Part shown: positions 58,701-64,000 of the stretch, piece after piece
Position numbering within the stretch: position 1 is the first letter of the stretch
Layout of the letters: every line of letters begins with the position of its first letter
Assembly (NCBI GenBank): GCA_963725875.1
Contig: CAVRZZ010000006.1
Span: forward strand, 199,531-263,530
Direction: 5' to 3'
Origin: an uncultured Chloroflexia bacterium
GTDB lineage: Bacteria; Chloroflexota; Limnocylindria; Limnocylindrales; CSP1-4
DNA: 64,000 nucleotides
The notes under the pieces: model-generated
Databases searched by the model: none
What the model was told of the DNA's origin: nothing
What the model saw: the letters and a program-made list of their open reading frames with translations, nothing else
Made by a program: the position numbers and the translations under genes

Positions 58701-59963
58701 GTGCGCAAGCCCGACTTCACCCGCCGCGTCGCCGTCACCGGCATCGGCCTCGTCAGCCCCATCGGAGACGAGGTCGACACCGTCTGGAGCAACCTCGTCA
58801 ATGGGGTCTCCGGCCTCAAGCGGATCACCTACTGGGATCCCGAGCCCTACGACTGCAAGGTCGCCGGCGAGGTCCCCGACTTCGACCCGAACGCCTGGAT
58901 GAGCTTCAAGGAAGTCCGGCGGACCGATCGCAACGTCGTCCTGGGCGTGGCCGCAGCGAAGAAGGCCCTCGCCCACTCCGGGCTGGAGGTGACCGAGGCC
59001 AACCGCGACGACATCGGGGTCTACTTCGGCTCGGGTGGCGGCGGCTCCAAGCTCATGATGGACAACAAGGAGGTCTGGTTCGAGAAGGGGGCGCGGGCCG
59101 TCAGCCCCTTCTTCATCGCCAACATGCTCCCCGACACCGCGTCCGGCCAGATCGCGATCGAGACCGGCATCCGCGGCCCGAACATGTGCATCGTGACGGC
59201 CTGCTCGACAGGCACCCACAACGTCGGCGAGGCGGCCGAGCTGATCCGGCGCGGCGACGTCGTGGCGGCGGTCGCCGGCTCCACCGAGACGCCGCTGCAC
59301 GAGTTGGTCCACATCGGCTTCTCCAACATGCGTGGCATGGGCACACCTCGCGAGGGGGACACCGAGCAGTCCGTTGCGCGGCCGTTCGACCTCACGCGGA
59401 ACGGCTTCGTCCTGGGCGAGGGAGCGGGAGCGGTGATCCTCGAGGACCTCGAGTACGCCAGGGCCCGCGGGGCGACGGTCTACGCCGAGGTCGTCGGCTT
59501 CGGCTCGGCTGCGGACGCATGGGACCTCATCCAGCCGGTGGAGAAGGGCGACGGCGTCCGCCGCGCGCTCGTCCAGGCCCTCGAGCGCTACGACGTGCAG
59601 CCCGAGTGGATCGACATGATCAACCCCCACGGGACGTCGACGCCGCTGGGTGACCTCCGCGAGGCGCAGGCCTTCTGGGCGGTCTTCGGCGAGCGGACGC
59701 CGGAGATCAGCATCAGCGCCACGAAGTCGCTCACCGGGCACCTCATGGGCGCCGCCGGTGCGGTCGAGGCGATCTTCACGATCCTCGCCGTCCACCACCA
59801 GGCCGTCCCCGGCGTCCCGACGTTCCGGGACCCGGACCCCGAGATCAATCTCAACGTCCCGGTCGCGACCGTGGCCCGCGAGATCCGTTACGCCATCTCC
59901 GACAACGTGGGCCTCGGCGGCCACAACGGCGCCGTCGTCTTCAAGCGCTACGAGGGCGACTGA
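58701..59963 (+). CDS. fabF: Beta-ketoacyl-ACP synthase II (KAS II)
   Basis: RVAVTGIGLVSP, TACSTGTH (active Cys), NPHGTSTPLGD, KSLTGHLMGAAG and NVGLGGHN. Confidence 0.93.
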   Translation: MRKPDFTRRVAVTGIGLVSPIGDEVDTVWSNLVNGVSGLKRITYWDPEPYDCKVAGEVPDFDPNAWMSFKEVRRTDRNVVLGVAAAKKALAHSGLEVTEANRDDIGVYFGSGGGGSKLMMDNKEVWFEKGARAVSPFFIANMLPDTASGQIAIETGIRGPNMCIVTACSTGTHNVGEAAELIRRGDVVAAVAGSTETPLHELVHIGFSNMRGMGTPREGDTEQSVARPFDLTRNGFVLGEGAGAVILEDLEYARARGATVYAEVVGFGSAADAWDLIQPVEKGDGVRRALVQALERYDVQPEWIDMINPHGTSTPLGDLREAQAFWAVFGERTPEISISATKSLTGHLMGAAGAVEAIFTILAVHHQAVPGVPTFRDPDPEINLNVPVATVAREIRYAISDNVGLGGHNGAVVFKRYEGD

Positions 59964-60043
59964 CCGCGCGGCCTACAATCCCGCCTACTGCGCCGTATGC
60001 CGCTGATCGGCCGTGCCGATCGTCGAACCTCGAGGAGACCGCC

Positions 60044-61316
60044 GTGCCGCCCAGCACCGATCCCGCCCGCCGCGCCGTCGTGACCGGCCTCGGCGCCGTC
60101 ATGCCGAACGGCAACGACTTCGAGACGTACTGGGCGAGCCTGCGGGCCGGTGTCTCCGGGGTCGCCCCGATCGCGAGCTTCGACGCCACCGGCTACGAGG
60201 TGCGGATTGCCGCCGAGGTCAAGGGCTTCGACCCGGCCACCGGGATGGACCCCAAGATGGCCCGCCGGATGAGCCGCTTCATCCACTTCGCGATGGCGGC
60301 CGGCAAGGAGGCCGTCAGCCACGCCGGCCTGGACTTCGCGGCGATGACCCAGGAGCAGAGGGACCGCGTCGGCGTCGCCGTCAACACCGGGGGCGGCGGC
60401 ATCGAGCAGATCATCGACGGGACCCACACGGCCGACACGCGGGGCCCCCGCTTCGTCAGCCCGTTCGCGATCCCGGCCCTGTCGGGCTCGATGGCCGCCT
60501 GCATGCTCTCGATGGAGTGGGGGCTCACCGGACCGGTGATGGCCCAGACGGCGGCCTGCGCGACCTCGATCATCGCGTTCCACGACGCGCTCCGCCTGAT
60601 CCAGTCGGGCGAGGTCGACGTGGTGCTGGCGGGCGGCAGCGAGGCGCCGGTGCTCCCGGTGGGGATCGCGGCGCTCGGCAACATGGGCGCCCTCAGCAAG
60701 CGCAACGAGGAGCCGGACCGGGCGAGCCGGCCCTTCGACCGCGACCGCGACGGCTTCGTCCTGGGCGAAGGCGGCGGCGTCGTCGTGATCGAATCGCTGG
60801 CCCACGCGCTGGCCCGTGGCGCGACGCCGATCGCCGAGGTCCTCGGCGGGGCGCTGACGGCCGACGCATTCCACATCTCGGCACCCGAGCCGACCGGGCG
60901 CGGCGCCACGCGATCGATGTCTCTCGCGCGCGAGCACGCCGGCGTCACCGCCGACGAGATCGACTGGATCGTCGCCCACGGGACGAGCACGCCGCTCAAC
61001 GACGTCACCGAGACGCGCGCGATCAAGGCGTCGTTCGGGCCGGCGGCGTCGAAGGTGGCCATCAGCTCACCGAAGTCGATGATCGGGCACCTTGTCGGTG
61101 CGGCGGGCATCGCCTCGGCGCTCGCCGCGCTCGGCGGGCATCCGCGACCAGGTGATCTCGCCGACGGCCAACCACGAGAACCCGGACCTGCCGGAGTGCG
61201 ACCTGGACTACGTGCCGCTGACCGCACGCAAGGCGAAGATCGACACGGTCATGGTCAACGGGTTCGGCTTCGGCGGCCAGAACGCGGTCGCGATCTTCCG
61301 GCGCTACACGGGGTAG
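60044..61316 (+). CDS. fabF: Second beta-ketoacyl-ACP synthase II paralogue, frame break near 61133-61138
   Basis: [17 protein letters not shown] (active Cys), [10 protein letters not shown] and [12 protein letters not shown]. The frame then shifts: ...ALAALGG | [26 protein letters not shown]...[19 protein letters not shown] continues in track ORF 61092..61316. Confidence 0.85.
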
Positions 61317-61368
61317 CGGCAGCAGACACCTGTCTTCGGCGCGCCGGGGCCCGGCGTACCATCAACGC

Positions 61369-61878
61369 ATGGGCCGCGTTCGCCTTCCCGCGTGGTTTCG
61401 CCGGGGTCTCGAAGCGGGCATCTTCGCCGCGCTCCTGTCGCTCGTGACGGTCATCACGATCGAGTGGGAGCGCCAGGGACCCGGCCCCGTGGTGCTGCCG
61501 GCCGGGCTCGGCGCCGGCCTGGTCCTCGCCCTCCCGGTCCTCTCCATGGGCGTCCTCGCCGTCGCCTACCCGGTGGCGATGGCGGCGACGAAGGGCGACG
61601 CGATCCTCGGTGCGATCACCGCGTGGATCGTCGGGGCGGACCTGCTCGCCATCGTGACCGCAGCGATGGGGCAGCGGATCCTCCTGGGATCAGGAGTGAC
61701 GGTGCCGCTGGGCATCGTCGCCGGGCTCGTGGCCGCGCCCGTGGCCCTCGCCGGCCTGCTGGCCGCGCAGCTCTTCACGCCGCTCGGGTTCGGCCGGCGG
61801 GCCGGCCGCATCGCCGCGATCGTCGCCTCGGCGGTGGCCATCCCGATCCTCGTGATCATCGTCCCGGCCATCGCCTGA
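61369..61878 (+). CDS. Hypothetical integral membrane protein (5 TM)
   Basis: Hydrophobic throughout. TACCAT lies 6 nt before the ATG. Confidence 0.6.
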   Translation: MGRVRLPAWFRRGLEAGIFAALLSLVTVITIEWERQGPGPVVLPAGLGAGLVLALPVLSMGVLAVAYPVAMAATKGDAILGAITAWIVGADLLAIVTAAMGQRILLGSGVTVPLGIVAGLVAAPVALAGLLAAQLFTPLGFGRRAGRIAAIVASAVAIPILVIIVPAIA

Positions 61879-62038
61879 CCCGGGACGCCGGCGAGCCGCG
61901 GACCGCGTCCTCCCTGCCCCCACACGCTGCGGCCCCCACACGCTGCTGCCGGCACCGACACGGCCGGCAGGGTCGACCCGATGGACGGGCAGTGCGATAC
62001 TCGGCCGGCGACTCGGACCGCGGGTCGCAGGAGGTCTC

Positions 62039-63781
<1,743 letters not shown>

Positions 63782-63859
63782 GGCGCTGAGACCGCCCGGA
63801 GCCGCCTGGCGTCCGGGTCTCGCCGCGCGACGCCGGGGGTCGCCGGGCCGCGGCCGGGC

Positions 63860-64000
63860 CTATCGCACCTCGAAGATCGCCGCCGGCATGGCCGCGCCGC
63901 CGCCCATGCCGGCGGCGGGCATCGGGTCGCCAGTCGAGGCCGTCTGCTCCAGCGGAGCGCACGAGAGCGTGGAGCGGCCGGGCTCCGTGAGCGCGAAGCG
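63860..64000 (-). CDS. 3' end of an unidentified gene running into the window edge (Met/Gly/Ala-rich C-terminus)
   Basis: My own translation: ...RFALTEPGRSTLSCAPLEQTASTGDPMPAAGMGGGAAMPAAIFEVR*. GC3 is high. Too short to classify. Confidence 0.25.
   Translation of the reverse strand, partial: RFALTEPGRSTLSCAPLEQTASTGDPMPAAGMGGGAAMPAAIFEVR

Overview
Very GC-rich chromosomal segment (third codon positions are almost always G/C; GC not computed) that resembles an Actinomycetota- or Chloroflexota-type genome. Nearly every region is open in several frames. Most long track ORFs with Arg/Pro/Gly/Ala-rich translations are therefore artefacts. I called genes only where the translation shows family motifs, signal peptides, SD or -10 signals, or start/stop coupling. 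Coordinates follow the ORF track, and my base-level reading may be off by a base in places. Content, in order:
- Envelope genes: DegT aminotransferase, VanZ-like protein, phosphoglycosyl transferase.
- A secreted S8 protease.
- A SipW/TasA-type export cassette.
- Two VapC toxin-antitoxin pairs flanking an AcuI-like reductase, then an AlkA-like glycosylase.
- A tungsten island: tupABC, aldehyde:ferredoxin oxidoreductase, MoaD-like carrier, MoeA, aldehyde dehydrogenase.
- PPK2, a DUF853/HerA-like ATPase and a Pro/Thr-repeat lipoprotein.
- A long minus-strand branched-chain amino-acid array: leader-like ORF, terminator, ilvB, ilvN, ilvC, leuA, leuB, cimA, a stand-alone LeuA regulatory domain and pheA. 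leuCD and ilvD lie elsewhere.
- M28, S9 and MarP peptidases.
- A cyclase-STAND / PP2C / Ser-Thr kinase operon.
- PadR and MarR regulators.
- A yybP-ykoY Mn2+ riboswitch upstream of a UPF0016 transporter.
- fabD-fabF-fabF.
I saw no rRNA, tRNA, CRISPR array, transposase or integrase.
Most interesting observations:
- The SipW/TasA-class cassette with a second, unplaceable substrate.
- A 66-codon leader-like ORF with Val and rare-codon Leu/Ile blocks plus a strong terminator upstream of ilvB.
- A stand-alone LeuA allosteric-domain protein between cimA and pheA.
- An AT-richer element bounded by inverted repeats, and GC-rich tandem repeats, around the moaD-like gene.
- A recurrent leaderless-promoter signature (TANNNT 6-7 nt before the start codon) at seven genes.
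- Six reading-frame breaks in otherwise intact genes, three of them in the tup operon and several at G/C runs. These could be assembly indels or, for tup, real decay.
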